From positions 5,378,141 through 5,442,140 of the forward strand of contig OZ253490.1 of NCBI GenBank assembly GCA_965261985.1: a stretch of DNA of 64,000 bases, written 5' to 3'. The notes below the pieces were generated by a model. That model was not told the origin of the DNA. It worked only from the letters and a program-made list of their open reading frames with translations, and searched no databases. The stretch is from Alphaproteobacteria bacterium (GTDB lineage: Bacteria > Pseudomonadota > Alphaproteobacteria > Bin95). The first letter of the stretch is position 1. Each line of letters opens with the position of its first letter. The translations under genes and the position numbers were made by a program. Positions 44,335-54,186 of this stretch are shown here, piece after piece.

Positions 44335-45552
44335 ATGTACGACCTGCTGGAAGGCCTGCGCATCGTGGAGGGGTCGGCCTTCGTTGCGGCGCCGCTCGGG
44401 GGCATGGCGCTCGGCCAGCTCGGCGCCGATGTGATCCGCTTCGACGCGCTGGAAGGCGGGCTCGACTACCGGCGCTGGCCGGTGACCGACAAGGGCGACA
44501 GCATCTACTGGGCGGGGCTCAACAAGGGCAAGCGGTCCTTTCGCGTCGATATCCGCAGCCCGCGCGGTCGTGAACTGGTGCAGGCGCTGATTGCCGCGCC
44601 GGGACCGGGCGCCGGCATCTTCCTCACCAACCTGCCGGCGCGGGGCTGGATCGGCTACGACGAGCTCTCGGCGATGCGCGCGGACCTCATCCTGCTGAAT
44701 GTGCTCGGCACCCGCAGCGGCGCGCCGCAGGTGGACTACACCGTCAACGCCTCGGTCGGCTTTCCCTATGTCACCGGGCCGGAAGGCTGGGAGGGGCCGG
44801 TCGACAACGTGCTTCCCGCCTGGGACATTGCGACCGGCATGATCGCCGCCGCAGGCCTGCTCGCAGCCGAGCGCCGGCGGTCGCGCACGGGCGAGGGGCA
44901 GCTTATCCGCCTCCCCCTTCTCGACGTGGCGCTCTGGGCGACGGCCACACTCGGCTATGTCGGCGAGGCGGTCGTCAACGACGACGACCGGGCGCGCGTC
45001 GGCAACCACATATACGGCACCTTCGGGCGGGATTTCCGCACGGCCGACGGCCGCGATGTCATGGTCTGCCTGTTCACCTCCCGCAACCTCCGGGGCATCG
45101 CCGAGGCGGCCGATCTCGGCCTCGCTTTCAGCAGGATCGAGGCGGAGCACGGCGCAGACCTGAACGACGAGGCGGATCGCTGGCGCCTGCGCGAGGAGAT
45201 TACGGCGGCGGTCGAACCCTGGATCGCAGCGCGCCCGCTCGACGAGGTCGCCGAGGCCTTCGACGCGGGCGGCGTACTCTGGGGGCCGTACCGGACTTTC
45301 CGGGAGATGGCCGTCGATCCGGTGCTCGTCGAGGACAATCCGCTGTTCGCGCGCATAGAGCAGCCCGGCATGGGCACCTGGCCGGTACCGGGCTCGCCGC
45401 TCGATTTCGCGGGTCTGGAACGCGGTCGCCCTCGGCCCGCGCCGCGCCTCGGCGAACACACGGACGAGATTCTGGCCGACATATTGCGCCTGCCCGATGC
45501 GGAGATCGGGCGCCTGCACGATGAAGGCGTGGTAAGGGGTCCGGACGGATAG
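44335..45552 (+). CDS. mct: Family III CoA-transferase, mesaconyl-CoA C1-C4 transferase (2-methylfumaryl-CoA isomerase)-like
   Basis: VEGSAFVAAPLGGM, GGLDYRRWP, WAGLNKGKRS, VDYTVN, LPAWD subfamily motifs. Confidence 0.7.
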   Translation: MYDLLEGLRIVEGSAFVAAPLGGMALGQLGADVIRFDALEGGLDYRRWPVTDKGDSIYWAGLNKGKRSFRVDIRSPRGRELVQALIAAPGPGAGIFLTNLPARGWIGYDELSAMRADLILLNVLGTRSGAPQVDYTVNASVGFPYVTGPEGWEGPVDNVLPAWDIATGMIAAAGLLAAERRRSRTGEGQLIRLPLLDVALWATATLGYVGEAVVNDDDRARVGNHIYGTFGRDFRTADGRDVMVCLFTSRNLRGIAEAADLGLAFSRIEAEHGADLNDEADRWRLREEITAAVEPWIAARPLDEVAEAFDAGGVLWGPYRTFREMAVDPVLVEDNPLFARIEQPGMGTWPVPGSPLDFAGLERGRPRPAPRLGEHTDEILADILRLPDAEIGRLHDEGVVRGPDG

Positions 45553-45631
45553 CGCCGTCCGGCCGCTTGGCCGGCGCGCAGAACAGCGTTATGTTTCCTG
45601 CGTCCCGGACGATGCGGAAATTTCAATCGGA

Positions 45632-46150
45632 ATGTCCAGAATGTTGGCACGCCCGCTAATCGTTTTGTCGATGCTCCTGGCTCTTCCTGCCATGGCCCAG
45701 GAACCGAAGCGCCTGTCGACGCACCAGAGTTGGGTGGCTTACGTTTACGGGTCGGGCAAGGAAAAGATCTGCTACATCGCCTCCAGCCCCACGAGCCATA
45801 AACCGAAGGGCATCAACCGCGACCCGGCCTACTTCCAGGTGGCGCATTTTCCGGGTCGGTCGCTCAAGGGCGAGATCCATGTCGAGGTCGGCTATCCGCT
45901 CAAGCCGAACAGCCGGCCCCGCGCACGGGTCAAGGTGAGGAAGAAAACGCAGGATTTCCGCTTCTTCGTGAAGGACAGTTCCGCCTGGGTGGTCGACCAG
46001 AAGAACGTGCCCGTAGTGGAAGCGATGAAGGCCGGCAGCACGATGAGATTCACGGCCACCTCCGCGCGCGGCACGGTGGTCACCGACAGCTATTCGCTCA
46101 AGGGCTTTACCGCCGCCTACAAGGCGATCACCAGGGCGTGCCGGTCCTGA
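45632..46150 (+). CDS. Invasion-associated locus B (IalB)-family exported protein
   Basis: Signal peptide, [24 protein letters not shown]; usual position before rlmN. Confidence 0.8.
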   Translation: MSRMLARPLIVLSMLLALPAMAQEPKRLSTHQSWVAYVYGSGKEKICYIASSPTSHKPKGINRDPAYFQVAHFPGRSLKGEIHVEVGYPLKPNSRPRARVKVRKKTQDFRFFVKDSSAWVVDQKNVPVVEAMKAGSTMRFTATSARGTVVTDSYSLKGFTAAYKAITRACRS

Positions 46151-47283
46151 CACGCAAGCCCGCGCTTGTCGGCCTGCCCAAATCCGCACTGGCCGAGTCG
46201 CTGGGCGAGGCAGGGCTTTCCGGCTACCGCGTCTCCCAGGTGTATCGCTGGCTCTATGTACGCGGCGCGCGCGATTTCGACGAAATGACAGACCTCTCGA
46301 AGCAGGACCGCACCGCCCTAGCGGAGCGCTTCTCGATTGCACGGCCCGAAATATCGCAAGAGCAGGTCTCCGTGGACGGCTCGCGCAAATGGCTGCTCCG
46401 GCTGGCGGACGGCGGCGAGATCGAGACCGTCTATATCCCCGAAGCCGACCGGGGTACGCTCTGCGTCTCCTCCCAGATCGGCTGCACGCTCACCTGCCGC
46501 TTCTGCCACACCGGCACCCAGCGCCTGGTGCGCAATCTGGATGCCGGCGAGATCGTCGGCCAGATCCTGCATGCCCGCGACGTCTTCGGCGAATGGTCGG
46601 GCCGCGCGGCGCCGCTGACCGACCGCGGCCGCCATGTCACCAATATCGTGCTGATGGGCATGGGCGAGCCGCTCTATAATTTCGACCATGTGAAGGCGGC
46701 GATGGCGGTGGCGACCGACGGCGACGGGCTCGCCGTCTCGAAGCGCCGGATCACGCTCTCCACCGCCGGCGTCGTGCCGATGATGGACCGCTGCGGGGAC
46801 GAAATCGGCGTCAATCTGGCGGTTTCGCTCCATGCCGTGACGGACGAGCTGCGCGACGAGCTGGTGCCGCTCAACCGCAAATACCCGCTGAAGGAGCTGA
46901 TGGCGGCCTGCCGGCGCTACCCGACTGCGAGCAATGTCCGGCGTATCACTTTCGAATATGTGATGCTGGCGGGCATCAACGACAGCCCGGCCGAGGCGCG
47001 CGCGCTCGCGCGGCTGATCGCCGGCATCCCGGCCAAGGTCAACCTCATTCCGTTCAATCCCTGGCCCGGCTCGCCCTACGGGTGTTCGACGCCCGAGGCC
47101 ATCCAGCGCTTCTCCGACATCCTGGCCGCCGCCGGCTATACGAGCCCGGTGCGCACCCCGCGCGGTCGGGACATCCTCGCGGCTTGCGGACAGCTGAAAT
47201 CCGAGAGCCGGCGGCCGACGGCGCGCGAACGACGCGAAGCCGAACAGGCGCGGGAACATGCAGCCCTGGAGGAGGCGCGATGA
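46138..47283 (+). CDS. rlmN: Dual-specificity 23S rRNA/tRNA m2A methyltransferase (radical SAM)
   Basis: [32 protein letters not shown]. Confidence 0.95.
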   Translation: MPVLTRKPALVGLPKSALAESLGEAGLSGYRVSQVYRWLYVRGARDFDEMTDLSKQDRTALAERFSIARPEISQEQVSVDGSRKWLLRLADGGEIETVYIPEADRGTLCVSSQIGCTLTCRFCHTGTQRLVRNLDAGEIVGQILHARDVFGEWSGRAAPLTDRGRHVTNIVLMGMGEPLYNFDHVKAAMAVATDGDGLAVSKRRITLSTAGVVPMMDRCGDEIGVNLAVSLHAVTDELRDELVPLNRKYPLKELMAACRRYPTASNVRRITFEYVMLAGINDSPAEARALARLIAGIPAKVNLIPFNPWPGSPYGCSTPEAIQRFSDILAAAGYTSPVRTPRGRDILAACGQLKSESRRPTARERREAEQAREHAALEEAR

Positions 47284-48488
47284 GCGACGAGGTCAAGCGG
47301 GTGGTGCTCGCCTATTCCGGCGGTCTCGACACCTCCGTCATCCTGCACTGGCTGCGGGAGACCTATCGCTGCGAGGTGGTCACCTTCACGGCCGACCTCG
47401 GCCAGGGCGAGGAGGTCGAGCCGGCCCGCGCCAAGGCCGAGGCGATGGGCGTGCAGCAGATCTTCATCGACGACCTGCGCGAGGAATTCGTGCGGGACTT
47501 CGTCTTCCCCATGTTCCGCGCCAATGCGCTCTATGAGGGGCAATATCTGCTCGGCACCTCGATCGCGCGCCCGCTGATCGCCAAGCGCCAGATCGAGATC
47601 GCGCGCGAGACCGGCGCGGACGCCGTCTCGCACGGCGCGACCGGCAAGGGCAACGACCAGGTCCGCTTCGAGCTCGCTTACTATGCGCTCGAGCCGCGCA
47701 TCCGGGTGATCGCGCCCTGGCGCGAATGGAACCTCGGCTCCCGCAACCGGCTGATCGCCTATGCCGAGGCGCGCCAGATCCCGATTGCGCGCGGCAAGCG
47801 GGGCGAGCCGCCCTATTCGACCGACGCCAACCTCCTGCACATCTCCTATGAGGGCCGCGCGCTGGAAGACCCCTGGATCGAGCCGGACGAGGAGATGTTC
47901 ACTCGAACCGTCTCGCCGGCGGCGGCCCCAGACGAGCCCGAATATGTCGAGATCGACTTCGAGCGGGGCGATCCGGTGGCGGTGGACGGCGCGCGCCTCT
48001 CTCCGGCGGCACTGCTGGAGCGGCTGAACGAGGTCGCCGGCCGGCACGGCGTCGGACGGCTTGACCTGGTGGAGAACCGCTTCGTCGGCATGAAGTCGCG
48101 CGGCGTTTACGAGACGCCCGGCGGCACGCTGCTGCTGGCGGCCCGGCGTGCGCTGGAGAGCATCGTGCTGGACCGGGGCGCGGCCCATCTCAAGGACGAG
48201 CTCATGCCGCGCTATGCGGAGCTCATCTATAACGGCTTCTGGTTCTCGCCCGAGCGGCGCATGCTCCAAGCTGCTATCGATGCGAGCCAGGACAGGGTGG
48301 CGGGCCGCGTCAGGATGAAGCTCTTCAAGGGCGCCTGCTGGACCGTCGGCCGCCAGTCGCCCAACTCCATCTATCACGAGGGCTTCGCCACCTTCGAGGA
48401 AGACACGGTGTACGACCAGCGCGACGCCGAGGGCTTCATCAAGCTCAACGCACTCCGCCTCCGCCTCGAAGGCCTGATGGGGCGCTGA
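47280..48488 (+). CDS. argG: Argininosuccinate synthase
   Basis: [33 protein letters not shown]. Confidence 0.96.
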   Translation: MSDEVKRVVLAYSGGLDTSVILHWLRETYRCEVVTFTADLGQGEEVEPARAKAEAMGVQQIFIDDLREEFVRDFVFPMFRANALYEGQYLLGTSIARPLIAKRQIEIARETGADAVSHGATGKGNDQVRFELAYYALEPRIRVIAPWREWNLGSRNRLIAYAEARQIPIARGKRGEPPYSTDANLLHISYEGRALEDPWIEPDEEMFTRTVSPAAAPDEPEYVEIDFERGDPVAVDGARLSPAALLERLNEVAGRHGVGRLDLVENRFVGMKSRGVYETPGGTLLLAARRALESIVLDRGAAHLKDELMPRYAELIYNGFWFSPERRMLQAAIDASQDRVAGRVRMKLFKGACWTVGRQSPNSIYHEGFATFEEDTVYDQRDAEGFIKLNALRLRLEGLMGR

Positions 48489-48571
48489 CGCCCGCCTCCC
48501 GCGCTTCCCGGCCGCCCGCCGGCACCCTATATTGAGGCACGGTTCCCCGCCGCTCCCGGCAAGAGGCTTCC

Positions 48572-48856
48572 ATGGACGCGACTGCGGACTTTATCCGGAA
48601 AGGACTCGGCAGGCTCAAGGGGCTGCCGGCCCCGGTCGCCGACTGGCGGGTCGAAACCGGCGAAGACTGGGTGGGCGACCCCGCCGTCTGGGTCTGGCCG
48701 GTGCTTGCCGACGAGGACACCGATTTCGACACCTGCGATGAATTGCAGGACATAGTCCGCGATGAAGTGGCCAGATTGACGCGCGCCAAGACCGGCGAGC
48801 CTCTTTGGGCGTTTGTACGCTTCCTTTTGCCCTCCGATATCGAGAACGGTTTTTGA
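48572..48856 (+). CDS. Small acidic protein, putative antitoxin/degenerate nucleotidyltransferase partner of the HEPN gene
   Basis: GEDWVGDPAVWVW motif; stop overlaps the next TTG start (TTGA). Confidence 0.65.
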   Translation: MDATADFIRKGLGRLKGLPAPVADWRVETGEDWVGDPAVWVWPVLADEDTDFDTCDELQDIVRDEVARLTRAKTGEPLWAFVRFLLPSDIENGF

Positions 48857-49362
48857 GCTACCATGCGGACCTGCTGGAGCAGGCGGAGCATCTGGCCAGG
48901 CGGGAGCGAAGACGGCCCAGACAGGCCAGCCTGCGACGATCCATTTCGGCTTCCTACTACGCGCTCTTTCACCTGCTGATCGACGAAGCGGTCGGCCGCA
49001 TGTTGCGTGGGAACGACAGAGAGGCTCTCCGTGACTGCATGGTACGAGCCTTCGCCCACAGCACCATGCGCGAAGCGGCAAGGCGATTCGCCGGCGGGAA
49101 CGTTACGCCGAAACTCATTGCGGGCCTGAACGGCCTGTCACTCCAGCCGGAACTGGTCACCGTCGCAAAGATATTCCTGGACCTCCAGCAAGCCCGGCAC
49201 GAGGCGGAGTATGACCGGACCATCCGCTTCACCCGGCCCCAAGTCCTCAGATTGTCGAACCAGGCCCGCCGGGCATTCTCGAGCTGGCGGCGAGTGCGAA
49301 AGAGTTTGCAGGCAGACGTGTTTCTTGTTGCGCTGCTTACACATGCTCAACTGCGAGGCTGA
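48853..49362 (+). CDS. HEPN-domain protein
   Basis: RRSISASYYALFH, LQQARHEAEYD (Rx4Y HEPN variant). Confidence 0.75.
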   Translation: MSYHADLLEQAEHLARRERRRPRQASLRRSISASYYALFHLLIDEAVGRMLRGNDREALRDCMVRAFAHSTMREAARRFAGGNVTPKLIAGLNGLSLQPELVTVAKIFLDLQQARHEAEYDRTIRFTRPQVLRLSNQARRAFSSWRRVRKSLQADVFLVALLTHAQLRG

Positions 49363-49372
49363 CCGCCCGCGC

Positions 49373-50020
49373 TCAGCCGCCGCCCTCTTCGCGCAGCACG
49401 ATGTCGCCGTACCAGGCTCGGGCGCGCTGGCGGCTGTTGTCGGCGTCGGTCATCACGGCGACGCCTTCGAGCTTGTCCACCTCGCGGCCGAACAGGCGGC
49501 GGAAGTCCTCGCGGAGATTGCGGCGGTAGCTGCGCCACGCATCGGCATGGGCCGGACCGGACTCGACCGCCACCATCCGCACCTTGGAAGTAAAGGGATT
49601 GGGCCAGTCCGCGCCGACCGGCGCGCTGCCCGACCAGACATAGGAGATCGCGATCGGCAGGGCGAACAACCCTTCGCCGGGCGCCACGACATAGACCCTG
49701 GCCGCGAAGTCGTCGCCGGCCTTGACGCGCTCATCCGCTACCGCAAGCGGCGCCTCGATCCTCCAGCGCCACTCCAGCACCGGGCGCTCCGCTAGATCGA
49801 TCTCCCGTTCGAGATAAAGGCTGGACGCGGCGCCATCGCTTTGCGCTTCCAGCACCCAGGTCCCGCCGGCTTCGACGATCCGGTAACGGGTCTCGCCCTC
49901 GAAGTGGCGGAGGTCCCAGCCTTCCGTGTCGCCGGCCGAGAAGCGGCCCAGCAGCAGCGGCTCCGCCCGGAGCGGCAGGGCGGCGATGAGGACGGCGGCG
50001 ATGAGGGCGAGGCGGAGCAT
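49373..50020 (-). CDS. DUF3047-family exported protein
   Basis: LEWRWRI, DDFAARVYV, ISYVWS, VAVMTDADN, AWYGDI. Confidence 0.85.
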   Translation of the reverse strand: MLRLALIAAVLIAALPLRAEPLLLGRFSAGDTEGWDLRHFEGETRYRIVEAGGTWVLEAQSDGAASSLYLEREIDLAERPVLEWRWRIEAPLAVADERVKAGDDFAARVYVVAPGEGLFALPIAISYVWSGSAPVGADWPNPFTSKVRMVAVESGPAHADAWRSYRRNLREDFRRLFGREVDKLEGVAVMTDADNSRQRARAWYGDIVLREEGGG

Positions 50021-50159
50021 CGTGGGGCCTCCATATCGCAGCCCGCACTCCCCGTCACGCGGCTGCGGCAAAGCGGTCTGCGGGGCGCCGGAGTCCTTCC
50101 GCCGTCGGGCATTTCCCTTTAGCATCGGGCGGACCCTGTGCCGGAGGTGTTGCCCGCCC

Positions 50160-50924
50160 ATGTTCGAGATCGAGATCGTCCCCGCGCTGTCGGACAATTA
50201 CGTCTATATCGCCCATGACGCTGCGGCGGGCGCGACCGCCGTAGTGGACCCGGCCGAGGCCCCGCCGGTGCTCGCCGCGCTGGAGCGGCGCGGGCTCCGG
50301 CTCACCCATATCCTCAACACCCACCACCATTTCGACCATATCGGCGGCAATGCCGAACTGGTGGAGCGCTACGGCGCGCCGGTGATCGGCCCGAGGGCCG
50401 ACAGCGCGCGTATTCCGGGGCTCGATGTCGAGGTCGGCGACGGCGACACCTATACGGTCGGCACGCAGACGGCGCGGGTCTTCGATGTGCCGGGCCACAC
50501 CAGCGGCCATATCGCCTTCTGGTTCGAGGAGAGCCGGGCGCTCTTCTGCGGCGACACGCTGTTCGCGCTCGGCTGCGGGCGGATGTTCGAGGGCACGCCG
50601 GAACAATTCTGGTCTTCGCTCGGCAAGCTGCGCGCCCTGCCGGACAACACCCGCGTCTTTTGCGGGCACGAATACACCCAGTCCAATGCGCGTTTCGCCC
50701 TTTCGGTGGACCCCGACAACGAGGCGCTCAAGGTGGCCTCGCAGCGCATCGACGACCTGCGCTCGCGCGGTGAGCGCACCGTCCCCTCCGAGCTCGGCGA
50801 GGAGAAGATCGCCAACCCCTTCCTGCGCGCCGACGACCCGGCCATGCAGCGCCTGGTCGGCATGGAGGGCCGGGCGCCCGAGGCCGTCTTCGCCGAAATC
50901 CGCCGCCGCAAGGACAATTTTTGA
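50160..50924 (+). CDS. gloB: Hydroxyacylglutathione hydrolase (glyoxalase II)
   Basis: DNYVY, THHHFDHIGG, GHTSGH, GDTLF, GHEYT, RRRKDNF. Confidence 0.93.
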   Translation: MFEIEIVPALSDNYVYIAHDAAAGATAVVDPAEAPPVLAALERRGLRLTHILNTHHHFDHIGGNAELVERYGAPVIGPRADSARIPGLDVEVGDGDTYTVGTQTARVFDVPGHTSGHIAFWFEESRALFCGDTLFALGCGRMFEGTPEQFWSSLGKLRALPDNTRVFCGHEYTQSNARFALSVDPDNEALKVASQRIDDLRSRGERTVPSELGEEKIANPFLRADDPAMQRLVGMEGRAPEAVFAEIRRRKDNF

Positions 50925-51412
50925 CCGGCTCCGGGTCCTTGTCCGGAACAGGCCCTGTGCTTTTCGACGCGGTGCTGACGCCGCACCGTTCCCTGTCGCC
51001 CGCCGGCTTCCGGCTACTGATCGGCGCACTCTCTGCGGTCGGCCTGACGGCCGGCATCGCGTTCCTCGCGCTCGGCGCCTGGCCGGTGCTCGGGTTCTTC
51101 GGCCTCGATATCGCGCTGCTCGCCTGGTGCTTCCATGCGAACTACCGCCAGGGCCGGCAGAGGGAGCGGCTGAGACTCACCCCCGACGCCCTCACGGTGG
51201 AGCGGACCAACCCGGCCGGGGCGGTCGAACGGGTGCGCCTGCCGCCCTGGTGGCTCCGGGTCGAGATCGACGAAAGCGGCGAGCGACCGGGCCCGCTGAC
51301 CCTGGCGACGCACGGCCGGCGCGAGACTGTCGGCGCCTTTCTGGCACCCTGGGAGCGCGTCGAGGTCGCGGATGCGCTCCGCCGGGCGCTCGCTCCGCTC
51401 CGGGCCGGATGA
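50921..51412 (+). CDS. DUF2244-family membrane protein
   Basis: LTPHRSLS, GAWPVLGFFGLD, VGAFL. Confidence 0.82.
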   Translation: MTGSGSLSGTGPVLFDAVLTPHRSLSPAGFRLLIGALSAVGLTAGIAFLALGAWPVLGFFGLDIALLAWCFHANYRQGRQRERLRLTPDALTVERTNPAGAVERVRLPPWWLRVEIDESGERPGPLTLATHGRRETVGAFLAPWERVEVADALRRALAPLRAG

Positions 51413-51449
51413 CGGCCGCAAGACTCCATCGACACCGAAACGAAGCCCG

Positions 51450-52322
51450 ATGACAGATCCCGGACCGATCCCGCCGCGTTTCCAGCGCTTCGAAGGCAGC
51501 CAAGGGCTCTCGCTCGCCGCCGATATTCTGGGCGACAACGACTGCCCGACCGTGCTGCTCGCGCATGGCGGCGGGCAGACCCGCCATGCCTGGGGCGGGG
51601 CGGCGCTGGCGCTGGCGCTCCGGGGCTGGCGGGCCGTCAGCATCGACCAGCGCGGCCATGGCGACAGCGACCGCTCCCCCGAAAAGAACTACCTGATGGG
51701 CCATTTCGGGGCCGATTTGCGCGCCGTCGCAGGCCGGCTCGACCGGCCGGTCGCGGTCGGCGCCTCGCTCGGCGGCATCGCCGCGCTGGTCGCCGAAGGC
51801 GAATCGCCGGAGCCGGTGCTGCGCGCCGTGGTGCTGGTGGACATCACGCCGCGCGTGCGCCCGGAAGGGGCGGCGCGCGTCGTCGATTTCATGAAGGCCC
51901 ATGTCGAGACCGGCTTCGGCTCGCTGGAGGAGGCCGCCGATGCGGTCGTGGCCTACCTGCCGAACCGCCGGCGCCCGCGCGACCTCACCGGCCTGCAAAA
52001 GAACCTGCGCGCCGGCGAAGACGGCCGCTGGTACTGGCACTGGGACCCGGCTTTCATCACCGATGCCCGCGCTCGGCAGGAAGACCGGGACCCCGAACGG
52101 CTCGAAGCCTGCGCGCGCGTGCTTGACCGCCGGCGCACCCCCACCCTGCTGGTGCGCGGCGGCAGCAGCGACCTGGTGACCGAGACCGAGGCGCGCGCCT
52201 TTCTCGACCTCGTGCCCCATGCACGCTTCGTCGATGTCTCGGGCGCGGGCCACATGGTCGCCGGGGACCGCAACGACGCCTTCAACACGGCCATCATCCG
52301 CTTCCTGCGCGATTTGCCCTGA
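51450..52322 (+). CDS. Alpha/beta hydrolase
   Basis: HGGGQ, GASLGG, AGHMVAGD. Confidence 0.88.
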   Translation: MTDPGPIPPRFQRFEGSQGLSLAADILGDNDCPTVLLAHGGGQTRHAWGGAALALALRGWRAVSIDQRGHGDSDRSPEKNYLMGHFGADLRAVAGRLDRPVAVGASLGGIAALVAEGESPEPVLRAVVLVDITPRVRPEGAARVVDFMKAHVETGFGSLEEAADAVVAYLPNRRRPRDLTGLQKNLRAGEDGRWYWHWDPAFITDARARQEDRDPERLEACARVLDRRRTPTLLVRGGSSDLVTETEARAFLDLVPHARFVDVSGAGHMVAGDRNDAFNTAIIRFLRDLP

Positions 52323-52389
52323 GCCGCCGGACAGGGTTGAATGCGCATGGTCGCCCGCCGCGGCGGCCGATCTCCGGAGGCCCCCGAAC

Positions 52390-53697
52390 ATGCCGAGCGA
52401 CCGCACCAATTTCGACCTCGCCGCCGCCCTCGAAGACTCCGAGGCCCGCTTCGCCGACGCCAACCCCACCAGCGCCGGCCTCTATGAGCAGGCCTGCCGC
52501 GCCATGCCCGGCGGCAACACCCGCACGGTGCTCTACTACCCGCCCTTCCCGGTCTCGCTCGCACGCGGCGACGGCTGCTATGTCGAGGACGCGGACGGCC
52601 ACCGCTATGCCGATTTCGTCGTCGAGCAGACCGCCGGCATTTACGGCCATTCCGAGCCGGCGATCCAGCGGGCGATCTCCTCCGCGCTCGCCCAGGGCAT
52701 TACATTGGGCGGCCCGACGCCGCGCGAGGGCCGGCTTGCGGAAATCATGTGCGAGCGTTTCCCCTCGCTCGACATGGTGCGCTTCACCAATTCCGGCACA
52801 GAGGCGAACCTGATGGCGCTGAGCGCGGCGCGCGCCTTTACCGGGCGCACCGGCGTGCTCGCCTTCGAAGGCAGCTACCATGGCAGCGTGCTCTCCTTCG
52901 GCGCCTATGGAAACCGGATGAACGTGCCCTTCGACTGGGTGATGGCGCGCTACAACGACATGGAGGGCACGCGCGAGATCATCGAGGCGAACAAGGACAA
53001 TCTGGCGGCGATCATCATCGAGCCGATGACCGGCAGCGGCGGCTGCATCCCGGCCGCGCCCGAGTTCCTGCAAATGCTGCGCGATGCGGCCGACGAGCAC
53101 GGCTTCCTGCTGCAATTCGACGAGGTGATGACCTCGCGTCTCGGCCCCGGCGGCTTGCAGAAGGTGCATGGCATCACCCCGGACATGACCTCCTTCGGGA
53201 AATATGTCGGCGGGGGGCTCACCTTCGGCGCGTTCGGCGGCAAGGCGGAGGTGATGTCGCGCTTCGACCCGCGCGAGGCCGGCCATTTCGGCCATGCCGG
53301 CACCTTCAACAACAATGTGCTGACCATGCAGGCCGCCATTGCAGGGCTGACCGAGGTGTTCACCGAGCAGGCGGCGGTCGAGGTCAACGCCGAGGGCGAC
53401 TTGCTCCGCCAAAACCTCAACGGCGCTATCGAGGCCCGCAACCTGCCCTTGCAGGTCACCGGCTACGGCTCGATGATGATGTTCCACCCGACCGACGCCG
53501 AGCTCACCGGACCGACCGACACGGACGCCGCGCCGAAGGAGGCCCGCGCCCTCTTCCACCTGGAGATGATGGCCCGCGCCCACTATGTGTCGCGGCGCGG
53601 CATGATGGTCCTCTCCCTCCCCATGGGCCCCGACGAGTTCGACGGCCTGACGTCGGCGTTCGAGGACATCCTGGATACTTACGGGGCTTTGTTTTGA
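52390..53697 (+). CDS. Class III PLP aminotransferase (GSA/beta-amino-acid transaminase-like)
   Basis: MPGGNTRTVL, FTNSGTEA, FDEVMT, SFGKY, HAGTFNNN. Confidence 0.88.
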   Translation: MPSDRTNFDLAAALEDSEARFADANPTSAGLYEQACRAMPGGNTRTVLYYPPFPVSLARGDGCYVEDADGHRYADFVVEQTAGIYGHSEPAIQRAISSALAQGITLGGPTPREGRLAEIMCERFPSLDMVRFTNSGTEANLMALSAARAFTGRTGVLAFEGSYHGSVLSFGAYGNRMNVPFDWVMARYNDMEGTREIIEANKDNLAAIIIEPMTGSGGCIPAAPEFLQMLRDAADEHGFLLQFDEVMTSRLGPGGLQKVHGITPDMTSFGKYVGGGLTFGAFGGKAEVMSRFDPREAGHFGHAGTFNNNVLTMQAAIAGLTEVFTEQAAVEVNAEGDLLRQNLNGAIEARNLPLQVTGYGSMMMFHPTDAELTGPTDTDAAPKEARALFHLEMMARAHYVSRRGMMVLSLPMGPDEFDGLTSAFEDILDTYGALF

Positions 53698-53700
53698 GGG
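53434..53700 (+). repeat. Direct repeat copy 1 (aminotransferase 3' end)
   Basis: Matches 60183-60419. Confidence 0.85.
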
Positions 53701-53958
53701 CGTCGTAATCGTCGCGGCCCGCATATCGATCTTGAGCCGATACCCATAGCGGCTCCAGCCCGCTATCGCCGGCCGGGACTCTCAGGGACCGAGCGGCTCG
53801 ACCGCCCGTGCGGCCTTCCGGAGCCATCCTAGCCTTCAAGAATCGGGGCAATTTGATACAGATTGTAACGCCCTACATAGTGTAGTCTTCTCAGGGAGGG
53901 GATCGGCTCTGCGCCGCTAGTCGAATATGCGAAATCGCGTCTTTCCGATTCACCTGCG

Positions 53959-54186
53959 GTGGAGGTCAAGCCTGTGGACTTTGCTAATCGACCCAGTCCG
54001 ACACCCGATGCCGTAATTCGGGCGGCAAATGCGACCGCGCTTGCGCTCGACCGGACGAGGGCCGAGGCCGTTCAACCCTGGTTGAGCGTTATCTATTCGG
54101 CGCTCGACAGCCTGAAAGCCGTCGATCTCGGCGAGACCCCGCCATCGTTCGCCTTCAAGAGCCGCAAGACGGACCGCGCGTCATGA
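53959..54186 (+). CDS. Small AtzG/GatC-like putative amidase partner subunit
   Basis: ATGA overlap with the amidase; GGAGG precedes an alternative GTG start at 53974; C-terminal LKAVDLGETPPSFAF. Confidence 0.62.
   Translation: MEVKPVDFANRPSPTPDAVIRAANATALALDRTRAEAVQPWLSVIYSALDSLKAVDLGETPPSFAFKSRKTDRAS

Noticed and set aside
52390-53697. hemL
   Set aside because: It has GGNTRTVL instead of the GGVNSPVR pattern of true GSA aminomutases.
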